Below are positions 27,717-36,972 of a DNA stretch of 64,000 nucleotides, one piece after another. This DNA is from an uncultured Chloroflexia bacterium. Its GTDB lineage: Bacteria; Chloroflexota; Limnocylindria; Limnocylindrales; CSP1-4. The notes below the pieces were generated by a model. That model worked only from the letters and a program-made list of their open reading frames with translations. It was not told the origin of the DNA and did no database searches. The stretch's first letter is position 1; each line of letters opens with the position of its first letter. The stretch is from the NCBI GenBank assembly GCA_963707215.1, contig CAVPPB010000001.1:288001-352000 (forward strand), in the 5' to 3' direction. The position numbers and the translations under genes are program-made.

Positions 27717-28943
27717 ATGACGCACCGGCCGACGTTCCTGACCGTCCTGGGCATCCCCGCGACCGGGATCGTCGCGATCGTCCTGGCCCTGCTCCTCGCC
27801 ATCCCGATGGCCTCGCCGATCGACGCGCGGGGCAAGCCGCCACGCCCGACGCCGACACCGACACCGGATCCGTCGACCATGGCCGAGGTCTCGGTCTTCG
27901 GGGCCTGGCACTGCTCAGACGACTACTGCACCTGGGCGCGGGTCCGCGACACGAGTCCGGGCGGCGACTTCGACCAGGCGAATCACTGGCTCATCGACCG
28001 CGATCCATCGGCCGCCACCGGCGCGCCGTCGGTCAACCTGGTCGTTCTGTCCTTCGTGAACCCGCTTACGCTGCAGACCAGCGTCACCGTGGAGAACGGG
28101 CAGGTCATCAGCGACCCGCTGGCAGGCATCCCGATCGGCATGACCCAGGGCATCGTCGACTACTTCAGCTCGCACGGGATCCGCGTGATGCTCTCGATCG
28201 GCGGCATCACCTACGTTGACGACTGGAACGCGGCGCTGGCCATGGGCGGGCATGACCTCGGCCTGAAGGCAGCCGCGGTCGCGAGCGAGCTCGGCGTCGG
28301 CATCGAGATCGACTACGAGGAGAACACCGACCCGGACCTCGCCGAACTCGAGCAGTTCATCACGGCCTATCGGTCGGTCCATCCGTACGACCCGGCGGAT
28401 CCGTCCCCGGAGCGGCGCCTGACCATCGACGTCGCTGCCGGCGACCGCTGGCTCATCGCCCTCAACAGGAAGGCGACGGCTGACTGGCTGCGGTCCGCCG
28501 ACCACCCCGCCGGCCAGGACCCGGAGATCGCCCTGGATTGGGCCAACGCGATGGTCCCGGCCCGCCAGCCGAGCATCGACAAGGCGATCGCCAACTGGCA
28601 GGAACACATCGACGGCAAGCCGCAGTACGCGCCGCCCGTTCCGCCACTCGCCCCGGCCAAGTTCACCGGCGGCCTCTACGTCGCCGAGGGGAGCCGCGTC
28701 CGACCTGAGTGCGCCGACTTCGCGGCCTCGTTGCAGGCGGCGACGGAGTCGTACGTCCGCACGGTCCAGCCGAACGGGGCCGGCACCTCATCCGGGATGC
28801 TCGGCTGGATGTTCTGGGCCGCCGAGAAGCCATCGACTCGCGGCGTAGGTACGCAGCCGCCCAACACCTGCGAGGGCGGGATGGGCGTCGCGGCGACCGA
28901 GCTCGACATCCCGATCCCGGTGCCGACCCTCCGACCAGAGTAG
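27717..28943 (+). CDS. Secreted GH18 (chitinase)-like TIM-barrel protein
   Basis: Signal peptide, PTPTPTP linker, VMLSIGG, GIEIDYE and GWMFW. Confidence 0.6.
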   Translation: MTHRPTFLTVLGIPATGIVAIVLALLLAIPMASPIDARGKPPRPTPTPTPDPSTMAEVSVFGAWHCSDDYCTWARVRDTSPGGDFDQANHWLIDRDPSAATGAPSVNLVVLSFVNPLTLQTSVTVENGQVISDPLAGIPIGMTQGIVDYFSSHGIRVMLSIGGITYVDDWNAALAMGGHDLGLKAAAVASELGVGIEIDYEENTDPDLAELEQFITAYRSVHPYDPADPSPERRLTIDVAAGDRWLIALNRKATADWLRSADHPAGQDPEIALDWANAMVPARQPSIDKAIANWQEHIDGKPQYAPPVPPLAPAKFTGGLYVAEGSRVRPECADFAASLQAATESYVRTVQPNGAGTSSGMLGWMFWAAEKPSTRGVGTQPPNTCEGGMGVAATELDIPIPVPTLRPE

Positions 28944-29070
28944 GGTCCGCCGGCTCCCCGGAACCGGCGGCCCGTTCCCGGCCGGTTCGCGGCATGGTTG
29001 CGCGCTCCGCGTCCGATGCCGCATCGTTCGAACCAACCATCGCCGCGCCCACGACCCCGGAGGACTCGCC

Positions 29071-29790
29071 ATCATCAGGTCCGTTCGTTCCCTCAGCGGC
29101 CTCGCCGGTCTCGTCCTGTCCGCCGGCCTGGTCGTCGCCGCCTGCGGTGGCTCGACGGCCACCACGCCCGAGCCGTCACGGGCACCGGACCTCCAGCCCT
29201 GCCCGCCGGGTGGCGGCACCTGCGTCGGACCGCTCGTCCCCGGCGCCCACGTCTCGCGGTCCTTCGTGCCCGAGTTCGCCTACGAGGTCCCGTCCGGCTG
29301 GCGCAACGACACCGACCTGCCCGGCAACTACCTCCTCCGGCCGGTCGACTTCGAGGCTGGCGGCGTCTACCTCTTCCGCGACATCGCCATCGCCTCGCAG
29401 GACCCGAGCTGCCCTCGCGTGGCTGCGCCCGAGCTGGGCACCTCCGCTCGGGAGATCGTCGACTGGATCGACGGCGCCCCGGGGCTCCAGGCGGGCCGCC
29501 CCGAGGCCGTCGAGATCGGCGGCCTCGGGGGCTGGCGGGTGGAGATCTCGTTGGCGGCAGACTGGACGTTCGCCTGCCCGTTCGCCGAGGGTGTCCCCAG
29601 CCACCCGCTGTTCGTCACCGAGGACGGCATCTACTGGGCGGTGGCCGGGAGCGAGCAGCTGCAGCTGACGATCGCCGACCTGCCCGAGGGCGGCACGGTG
29701 GCGGTCGACGTCGACGCCTTCTTCGGACCCGACTACCCGGCGCTGCGCCAGGCCGCCGATCCGGTCGTCCGCTCGATCGAGTTCCGCTAG
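29071..29790 (+). CDS. Putative lipoprotein, apparent ATC start codon
   Basis: The ORF 29266-29790 extends in frame to ATC 29071, 7 nt after GGAGG, adding a signal peptide with lipobox LVVAAC. Confidence 0.65.
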   Translation: MIRSVRSLSGLAGLVLSAGLVVAACGGSTATTPEPSRAPDLQPCPPGGGTCVGPLVPGAHVSRSFVPEFAYEVPSGWRNDTDLPGNYLLRPVDFEAGGVYLFRDIAIASQDPSCPRVAAPELGTSAREIVDWIDGAPGLQAGRPEAVEIGGLGGWRVEISLAADWTFACPFAEGVPSHPLFVTEDGIYWAVAGSEQLQLTIADLPEGGTVAVDVDAFFGPDYPALRQAADPVVRSIEFR

Positions 29791-29791
29791 C

Positions 29792-30688
29792 TCATCCGCC
29801 CGGCGCGGGACAGCCGGACTCGCCAGGCAGCAGCGGGCGGACCAGGAGCGAATAGCGCTCGTCGTCGCGCTCCCAGACCGTCAGCGCGTTGGCCGACTCG
29901 AGGATCGGGCGAAGCGCCTCGTACGCCTCGCCCTCGACGAGGATGCAGCGGAAGGCGCCGTCGTAGCCGACCGGTTCGCCCTCCTCGGGCTCGATCGAAG
30001 GCGGCAACGGCAGGACCTGCGAGGCGAGGTTCGGGTCCGGGTCGCCGACCTGGTCGGTCACGAACAGGCGGGCCCGCTCGGCGATGAGCGGCTCGGAGGG
30101 GTCGACCGGATGACCCAGCAGCGCCTCGAGATCACCGAGCTGTCGCTGTAGCGTGCTGAGCCGCTCGCGTGCCGCCTTCGTCCCGTCGTCGAGCGCGGGG
30201 TCCGCGAACGGATCGTCGAAGAGCGCATAGGCCGAGATCCGGTGGACCTCCCCGTCGAGCGCGAGCGTGAAGACCGTCGTCGCAGCATCGGCGATGTTCG
30301 TCAGGTCGTAGCTCGCATCGGGGCCGTCGAGCCCGGCCTCGCGGGCCGCCCCGACGATCACCTCCACGTCAGCGGCGGTCACGACCTGCAGCTGGAGGTT
30401 CGGCATGAGCGGTCCCGGGTAGATCTCCGGGATCGGCCCCTGGGTCACGATGCGCCCATCCGCAAGGAGCGTGAACACCGGCAGCTCGGTCTGGACGGTG
30501 CCGACCGGGAGGAAGCCGCCTGTGACCTCCACCCGAAGGATCACTGCGTCGGGATCGGGCGGACTCGGCTCAGAGGTCGGGTCCGTCGCACCACCGGGGG
30601 CGACACACGCCGCCAGGGCGACGGAAGCCGCCAGGGCGATCACGAGGGCGGTCGGCGAGGTCGAGGGACGAGGGATCGATCGGTCCAT
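29792..30688 (-). CDS. Putative lipoprotein
   Basis: MDRSIP...LVIALAASVALAAC lipobox followed by a conserved-looking IYPGP / ADAATT domain. GGAG RBS. Confidence 0.75.
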   Translation of the reverse strand: MDRSIPRPSTSPTALVIALAASVALAACVAPGGATDPTSEPSPPDPDAVILRVEVTGGFLPVGTVQTELPVFTLLADGRIVTQGPIPEIYPGPLMPNLQLQVVTAADVEVIVGAAREAGLDGPDASYDLTNIADAATTVFTLALDGEVHRISAYALFDDPFADPALDDGTKAARERLSTLQRQLGDLEALLGHPVDPSEPLIAERARLFVTDQVGDPDPNLASQVLPLPPSIEPEEGEPVGYDGAFRCILVEGEAYEALRPILESANALTVWERDDERYSLLVRPLLPGESGCPAPGG

Positions 30689-30720
30689 CGGGATCTCCGG
30701 AGCGGGATCGCGGTCCCCGG

Positions 30721-30948
30721 TCAGACGCCCGAGTCCGGAGCCAGGTTCCGTCCGACCGCCGGGCGGTGGCTGCGATGGCGTCGCCGCAGCCGCCGGAGCG
30801 CCCCGGTGTCGGCCTTCCCGCGCAGGACCTGGCGCCGCGCTTCGGGCAGGAGGGTCCGCTCGCATCGAGGGCAGCCATCCGCCAGCCGTCGGGCCAGCAG
30901 GCTGGCCTCGGCGTCGCGTTCGAGGGTCTCGAAGAACCCGGGCATCAT
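30721..30948 (-). CDS. Small hypothetical protein with CPRC
   Basis: ATGATG start after GGGAGGG: MMPGFFETLERDAEASLLARRLADGCPRC. Fills the gap between co-oriented genes. Confidence 0.4.
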   Translation of the reverse strand: MMPGFFETLERDAEASLLARRLADGCPRCERTLLPEARRQVLRGKADTGALRRLRRRHRSHRPAVGRNLAPDSGV

Positions 30949-31063
30949 CCGCCCCTCCCATGGGCGCTCGTGATCCGTGGCGGAGCGTGGCGGGCGGCGA
31001 CGGACGCCGCCATCCCCCGAAGGGGCCAGTAAGGCACTGGGAGGGGCCGGGGTACGAGGACCC

Positions 31064-31366
31064 TCAGGCTCCGAAGAAGGTCCCGTCCATCCAGTCCGGG
31101 TCGTCTTCGAGGAGCTCACGCAGCTGACGGTATTCCGCGTCCTGCTCCGGGCTCTCCGCGTTGGCCACGTAGCTCTCGCGGTCGTCGAAGATGGCGACCA
31201 GGAAGAGGGTCGGCCGATCGTAGGGCTCCTGGTCGGGCTGGAAGAGGTAGCTGGCCCGGAACCCGGCCGGCATGCGTTCGACAGCGTCGCTCCAGCGACC
31301 GGAGAGGGTGATCAGCTCGTCGATCCGGTCGGGCCTGGGATGGATCCGTGCGATCGTTCCGTACAT
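31064..31366 (-). CDS. ABM/dimeric alpha+beta barrel small protein
   Basis: MYGTIARIHP...GFRASYLF...AIFDDRESYVANAESPEQD. AAGGAGG RBS. Confidence 0.75.
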   Translation of the reverse strand: MYGTIARIHPRPDRIDELITLSGRWSDAVERMPAGFRASYLFQPDQEPYDRPTLFLVAIFDDRESYVANAESPEQDAEYRQLRELLEDDPDWMDGTFFGA

Positions 31367-31426
31367 GGGACGCACCTCCTTGGGGGCCATCCTCGCACGG
31401 CATGCAAGCCATCCCGGGGCGAGCGA

Positions 31427-32782
31427 TCAGGCCTCGGTGGGGACCACCTCGCCGACAGGAGCGAGCGTCCCGCCCGGGCCCACCTGCCAGATCCCCGTCT
31501 GCGATGACCAGTTGGGGCTCGTCTGGGTCCGGCGGGCGGCGATCAAGCGCGCCAGGCCCGAGGCAGCGTACGTCGGTGCGAAGGCGAGATAGCCCAACGG
31601 GCCCGCGACGGCCAGCACGGCGGCGGTCGCCAGCTGGCCGCCGGTCGATGCCAACGCGACCTGGGCGACATAGCGGCCCTGCAGCGCGACGACCGGGCGG
31701 CCGATGAGGAGGCGGAACAGCCGCTCGTTCTGGGCCAGCGTGCCGGTCGCCGAGCCGGCCCAGTGCACGGCCACCGCGATGGCGACCAGGGCGGGGGCGA
31801 TCGGGTTGCCCGGGAAGGCCGCGATGAAGAGCAGGGCGGCCAGGCCGCGGGCGACGAACGACCCGCGGAGGATCCGCGAGGAGGAGGCCCGGGTAAGGAC
31901 CGTCCCCACGACGACCGCGGCCAGCAGCGACGCGGCCGACCCGATGGCCGACAGGGCGATGGCGAAGCCGGCGGTCAGGCCGAGGACGCTCATCACGTAG
32001 ATCGAGGTGTAGGGCATGAGCCCGAAGCCGAGGGCCGAGATCACGGCGACGCGGCGGAACCGGGCGAAGTCCACCGGCTCCGTTGCCCCCTGCGCACGAT
32101 CCCGGGCGACGTGCACCCGGCCCGGTGACCGGAGCCGCCTGGCCGAGGCGAGGGTCAGGAAGCCGGCCGCGCCACCGACGGCCAGGATCGCGGCATAGGC
32201 CCAGAGCACGGCCTCCGGCGGCACCAGGTCGACGGCCAGGGCTGCGGTCAGCAGCAGGAGCGTCGAGATGGCCAGCGTGAGAGCCGCGATCCGGGGGCCG
32301 ACGAGCCGCCGCTCCGAGTCGGGCAGGATCGCGTTGTACCAGACGAGGAGGTTCGCCCCCGACACCAGGCCGAGCGTCTGGCCGACGGCGGCCACGAGGA
32401 TCACCAGGAGGATCCCGGTCGGGGTCGCCAGCCAGCCCGTCGCGACGAGGGCGACGATGGCGGCGAGGACGAGTCCCCGTGTCTCGCCGAGACCGATGGC
32501 CAACAGCGTGAGCCCGCGCAGGTTCCCGTCGGTGCGCCGGAGCAGGTCCGGCACGAAGCGCTGGACGGCCGAGCCGAGCGTCGGCAGCGTTGCCACGGCG
32601 GCCACGACCCAGGGCGGCGCACCGAGCACCAACAGCATCGGCACCACGATCGCCTCCGAGGCGAACGCCGAGGCGAACGCCTGGCCGGTCGAGATGCCAT
32701 GGAGCGGGCGATTGGCACGGGTGGCGAAGGTCCGCCAGTCGTCGGCGACGCGGCGGAGCGATGAGGAGCGGATGGTGGTCAA
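31427..32782 (-). CDS. MFS-type transporter
   Basis: About 12 hydrophobic segments. Start uncertain; TTG 32782 after AGGA is preferred, while the ORF track extends to 32914. Confidence 0.7.
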   Translation of the reverse strand: MTTIRSSSLRRVADDWRTFATRANRPLHGISTGQAFASAFASEAIVVPMLLVLGAPPWVVAAVATLPTLGSAVQRFVPDLLRRTDGNLRGLTLLAIGLGETRGLVLAAIVALVATGWLATPTGILLVILVAAVGQTLGLVSGANLLVWYNAILPDSERRLVGPRIAALTLAISTLLLLTAALAVDLVPPEAVLWAYAAILAVGGAAGFLTLASARRLRSPGRVHVARDRAQGATEPVDFARFRRVAVISALGFGLMPYTSIYVMSVLGLTAGFAIALSAIGSAASLLAAVVVGTVLTRASSSRILRGSFVARGLAALLFIAAFPGNPIAPALVAIAVAVHWAGSATGTLAQNERLFRLLIGRPVVALQGRYVAQVALASTGGQLATAAVLAVAGPLGYLAFAPTYAASGLARLIAARRTQTSPNWSSQTGIWQVGPGGTLAPVGEVVPTEA

Positions 32783-32937
32783 GCGGATCCTGATGACGAC
32801 GTAGGTCGGAGCCCGCGGGGCCGCGGGCACCGTGGGCTGGGACGCGCCGGCTGGACCGGCCGTGACGGTCCGCAGGAAGGTCAGGAACGGGCCGTCCGGG
32901 TCGTGCACGGCCACCGAGTGGACCGCACACTCCGGGC

Positions 32938-34182
32938 ATGACGAACACCGAGCCGCCAGCCACCCGCGAGCCTGGGCAGACGACCGGACCGCCCGACCTG
33001 CTTGTCGAGTCGCAGGCCCTTCTGCCTGAGATCGTCGGCATCCGCCGACATCTCCACCGGAGACCCGAGCTCGGGCTGGACCTCCCTGAGACCCAGACGA
33101 CCGTCGCCGGTGCGTTGCGCGGGCTCGGCCTGAAGCCGGTGCTGGGTCGCTCGGTCGGGTCGGTCGTCGCCGTCCTGGCGGGGGCGCGTCCAGGGCCGAC
33201 GGTCCTGCTGCGAGCCGACATGGACGCCCTCCCGCTCACGGAGGCCACCGGCCTCGATTTCGCGTCCGAGGTCGCCGGCCGGATGCACGCCTGCGGGCAT
33301 GACACGCACATGGCGATGCTGCTGGGTGCGGCACGGATCCTGCGAGACCGTCGATCGGAGCTCGCCGGCAACGTCCTGCTGGCCTTCCAGCCGGGCGAAG
33401 AAGGTCATCACGGCGCCCGCTCCATGATCGAGGAGGGGCTCCTGGAGCCGCCAGGGATCGAGCCGGTCTCATCGGCGTTCGCGATCCACATCGCGACCCG
33501 CTACGCCACCGGGACGGTCCACCTGCGCCCCGGACCGATGCTCGCCTCGGGGGACGTCGTCCACCTCACGGTGCGCGGCCGAGGCGGCCACGCGTCGACC
33601 CCCCACCTGGCGCTGGACCCCATCACCGTCGCCGCTGAGATCGTCCTAGGCCTTCAGACCGCGGTGACCCGGCGCGTCGACGTCTTCGACCCTGCCGTCG
33701 TCACGATCGCCCGGATCGAGGGGGGAACCACGAACAATATCATCCCGGAATCGGTCGACCTGGAGGGCACGATCCGGACGGTCTCGGCATCCACCAGGGC
33801 GTTCATGCGCGAGGAGGTCCGGCGGGTCGTCGAGGGCATCGCCGCGATGCGCGGTGCGGACGCCGATCTCCGGCTCGAGGCCGGCTACCCGGTCACCGTC
33901 AACGACGCGGCCTCGATCGCCCGCGTCCGGGAGCTCGCCGTCGGGCTGCTCGGCTCGGATGGGGTCGTGGACCTCCCGGCCCCGATCATGGGCGCGGAGG
34001 ACTTCTCGTACGTCCTGGAGCGAGTGCCCGGGTCGATGGTCTTCCTCGGCGCGCGGCCGCCGGACGAGGACCCAGCGACGGCCCCGATGAACCACTCGAA
34101 CCGGGTCGTCTTCGACGAACCGGCGATGGCGGTGGGAGCGGCCCTGTACGCCGCGGTCGCTCTCCGCGAGGTCGGGTCGTAG
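32938..34182 (+). CDS. M20 family amidohydrolase (hippurate hydrolase-like)
   Basis: HRRPELG, RADMDALP, MHACGHD, FQPGEEG, GGHAS and GAEDF. Confidence 0.93.
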   Translation: MTNTEPPATREPGQTTGPPDLLVESQALLPEIVGIRRHLHRRPELGLDLPETQTTVAGALRGLGLKPVLGRSVGSVVAVLAGARPGPTVLLRADMDALPLTEATGLDFASEVAGRMHACGHDTHMAMLLGAARILRDRRSELAGNVLLAFQPGEEGHHGARSMIEEGLLEPPGIEPVSSAFAIHIATRYATGTVHLRPGPMLASGDVVHLTVRGRGGHASTPHLALDPITVAAEIVLGLQTAVTRRVDVFDPAVVTIARIEGGTTNNIIPESVDLEGTIRTVSASTRAFMREEVRRVVEGIAAMRGADADLRLEAGYPVTVNDAASIARVRELAVGLLGSDGVVDLPAPIMGAEDFSYVLERVPGSMVFLGARPPDEDPATAPMNHSNRVVFDEPAMAVGAALYAAVALREVGS

Positions 34183-34204
34183 GGTCCCGGCCAGCCGGGC
34201 AGCG

Positions 34205-34615
34205 TCAACCGCCCTCGGCGACCTCGCAGATCCCCGGCGCGACGGGGTCCTGGGCGGCAGCGGCTCGCTCGGCGTCGAGCTGGGCCTTGACCTCCGGGAA
34301 GGCATCCCCCAGACAGCACGCGCAGTTCTCGTACCAGAGCCGGAAGCCGGCGTCGATCTCGGGGAGCGGCGTGCCCGAGGACGCCCCACTCGCCGAGTGC
34401 CCCCCGGCCACCGCCCCGACCGGGGCGGCGACGGCAGCTTCGGCGCGCGCGGCGTGGGCCATCGGGTCCTCGAGGAACGCTTCCCGGCAGGCCGGCCGGC
34501 AGAAGGCGAAGATCCGGCCGCCAAGGTCGACGATGAGGCCCTCGGCCTCGGCCGTCGTGACGTCGACCCGCATGCCGCAGATGGGGTCGATGACGACGGA
34601 TGGCTTCTCGGACAT
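34205..34615 (-). CDS. YHS/TRASH domain protein with Cys-rich C-terminal extension
   Basis: DPICGM...FAFCRPACREAF, then WYENCACCL and ICE. Confidence 0.8.
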   Translation of the reverse strand: MSEKPSVVIDPICGMRVDVTTAEAEGLIVDLGGRIFAFCRPACREAFLEDPMAHAARAEAAVAAPVGAVAGGHSASGASSGTPLPEIDAGFRLWYENCACCLGDAFPEVKAQLDAERAAAAQDPVAPGICEVAEGG

Positions 34616-34626
34616 GGTCCCTCCTG

Positions 34627-36771
34627 TCAGGCCCCGGCCGACTCGGTCCGAGGCCGTTCGGCGCCCGGCCCGGACGGCGGCTCGTCGCGCAACTCTACGC
34701 GGCGGAGCAGCTGTGCGTTGAGCGCCACGATGAGCGTCGAGACAGTCATCGCGATGGCACCGAAGGAGACCGGCAGGTCGATCCCCCAGGGGACGAGCAG
34801 CCCGGCCGCGACCGGGATGGCCAGGACGTTGTAGCCGGTCGCCCAGGCCAGGTTCTGGATCATCTTCCGGAACGTGGCGCCCGAGAGCCGGATCGCGGCG
34901 ACCACGTCGCGCGGGTCGCTCCGGACCAGGACGATCCCCGCCAATTCCACGGCGACATCGGTCCCGGCCCCGATCGCGATCCCGACATCGGCCGTGGCCA
35001 GCGCCGGGGCGTCGTTGACCCCGTCGCCGACCATCGCCACCCGTCGGCCGCCCTCCTTGAACCGCTCGACCGCCTGCGCCTTGTCCGCCGGAAGGACCTG
35101 GGCGGCGACGTCCTGGATGCCGAGGCGACCGGCGACCGAGCCAGCCACTTCGCGCGAATCGCCGGTGATCATCGCGACCTTGATGCCGAGGGCGTGCAGA
35201 TCACGGACCGCTTGCGCAGACTCGGGGCGGATCTCGTCCTCGACGGCCAACGCCCCGATGATCCCCCCGTCGCGGACGACGTAGAGGACGGTCCGCCCCT
35301 GGGCCGCCCAGTCGGCGGCGACCGTCGGGATCGCGCCCGACGCGCCGAGCTCATCGAGCAGCGCCGGTCCACCGACGTGGACCACCTGATCCTGGACCGT
35401 GGCCCTGGCTCCGCGCCCGGCGAGCGCCTCGAACTCGCTGGACCCTGGTGGCTCCAGCCCCCGATCCGCAGCCTCACGGACGATGGCGCGAGCGATCGGG
35501 TGCTCCGAGTCGGCCTCGACGGCCGCTGCGAGCGCGAGGAGCTCGTCCTCCTCGATCGGGCCGTCCGTCGCGACCGCGGCGAGGATCGGCTCACCTCGGG
35601 TCAGGGTCCCGGTCTTGTCGAAGATCACCATGTCGAGCTCGCGAACTCGTTCGAGCGCGAGCCGGTCCTTGACGAGGAGGCCGTTGCGCGCCCCGAGCGA
35701 CGTCGCGATGGCGATGACGAGCGGGATCGCGAGTCCGAGGGCGTGCGGGCAGGCGATCACCAGGACCGTCACCGTCCGCCGGAGCGCGACGGTCGGGTCG
35801 TCGAGGAGCGTCCAGACGACGAAGGTTCCGAGGCCCGCGGCGACGGCGACGTAGAACAGAACGGCGGCGGCGCGGTCTGCGAGGTCCTGGGCCCGGGATC
35901 CGGAGGCCTGGGCGTCGGCGACCATCCGGATGATGCCCGAGAGGGCGGTGGACTCGCCGACGGCGGTCAGCTCGATGCGCAGGCTCCCGCCCTGGACCAC
36001 CGTCCCACCGGCGACCCCGTCGCCCGGGCCCTTCGCGACCGCCTGCGACTCTCCCGTCAGCATCGACTCGTCGACCTCGGCCTGACCCTCAGCGATCGTG
36101 CCGTCGGCCGGGATGCGACCCCCCGGCCGGACGAGGACCACGTCGCCGGTCTCGAGCGCGTCCAGCTTCACCGTCTCAGTGGCACCGTCCGTCACTCGCT
36201 CGGCCGTGTCGGGCAGGAGCGCCGCCAGCGCGGAGAGGGCCCCACGGGCCTGGGCGATCGAGCGCATCTCCAGCCAGTGGCCGAGCAGCATGATCGTGAC
36301 CAGGGTCGAGAGCTCCCACCAGATCTCGACGTCCAGGAGACCGAGCGTGCCCGCCCAGCTGGCCACGAAGGCGACGACGATGGCGAGCGAGATGAGGGTC
36401 ATCATCCCGGGCCGACGATCGCGCAGCTCGCCCACGGCACCGCGCACGAAGACGAGGCCGCCGTAGATGAAGACGGCAGTGCCCAGGATCGGCGGGATCA
36501 GCTCGGCCCCGGGGAAGGTCGGGGCGGCGTAGCCAAGCCATTCCTGGGGGTTCGGACTCCAGATGACGACCGGGATCGTCATGGCCAGGCTGAGCCAGAA
36601 GCGGTCCCGGAACATCGCCACGGAGTGGCCCGCGTGCTTGTCGTGGCCAGCCTTGCCATGACCGCCGTCACCGGCGGCGGCACCGTGGTGGGCCTGGCCT
36701 CCATCGGCGCTCCCAACGCCATGGCGGGCCTCAGGGCCGACCCCTGATCCCTCGTGTCGTGCCTGGTCCAT
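34627..36771 (-). CDS. Heavy-metal P1B-type ATPase (CopB-like, His-rich N-terminus)
   Basis: His-rich N-terminus, TGES, CPHALG, DKTGT, EHP, GDGVNDAP and YN...P / M..S transmembrane motifs. Confidence 0.93.
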   Translation of the reverse strand: MDQARHEGSGVGPEARHGVGSADGGQAHHGAAAGDGGHGKAGHDKHAGHSVAMFRDRFWLSLAMTIPVVIWSPNPQEWLGYAAPTFPGAELIPPILGTAVFIYGGLVFVRGAVGELRDRRPGMMTLISLAIVVAFVASWAGTLGLLDVEIWWELSTLVTIMLLGHWLEMRSIAQARGALSALAALLPDTAERVTDGATETVKLDALETGDVVLVRPGGRIPADGTIAEGQAEVDESMLTGESQAVAKGPGDGVAGGTVVQGGSLRIELTAVGESTALSGIIRMVADAQASGSRAQDLADRAAAVLFYVAVAAGLGTFVVWTLLDDPTVALRRTVTVLVIACPHALGLAIPLVIAIATSLGARNGLLVKDRLALERVRELDMVIFDKTGTLTRGEPILAAVATDGPIEEDELLALAAAVEADSEHPIARAIVREAADRGLEPPGSSEFEALAGRGARATVQDQVVHVGGPALLDELGASGAIPTVAADWAAQGRTVLYVVRDGGIIGALAVEDEIRPESAQAVRDLHALGIKVAMITGDSREVAGSVAGRLGIQDVAAQVLPADKAQAVERFKEGGRRVAMVGDGVNDAPALATADVGIAIGAGTDVAVELAGIVLVRSDPRDVVAAIRLSGATFRKMIQNLAWATGYNVLAIPVAAGLLVPWGIDLPVSFGAIAMTVSTLIVALNAQLLRRVELRDEPPSGPGAERPRTESAGA

Positions 36772-36797
36772 GGAACGCTCCCGTGATCTCCTGTTGG

Positions 36798-36814
36798 ATA
36801 CTCCCCCCCAGTAT
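36798..36814. promoter_or_regulatory. CsoR/RcnR-type operator ATACT-C7-AGTAT
   Basis: Perfect inverted arms around a 7-nt G/C tract, 26 bp upstream of the ATPase start. Confidence 0.75.
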
Positions 36815-36972
36815 GGCAGCCATGTCCAGCCGCACGTCGCCGGCGGGCGCCGACCATCCGACCACTGCGGGACGGGCCACTGCCTACCCGTCCGCACGGA
36901 CCGACGGCCCGGAGCCAGCGAACATGTGCAACGACTGCGTCGAGATCCCGTCGGGAAGCTAGCATCCCGAAC

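Noticed and set aside
32872-32887. CAGGAA direct repeat between the MFS and amidohydrolase genes
   Set aside because: Only two copies at 9-bp spacing, with no cognate regulator nearby; insufficient evidence.
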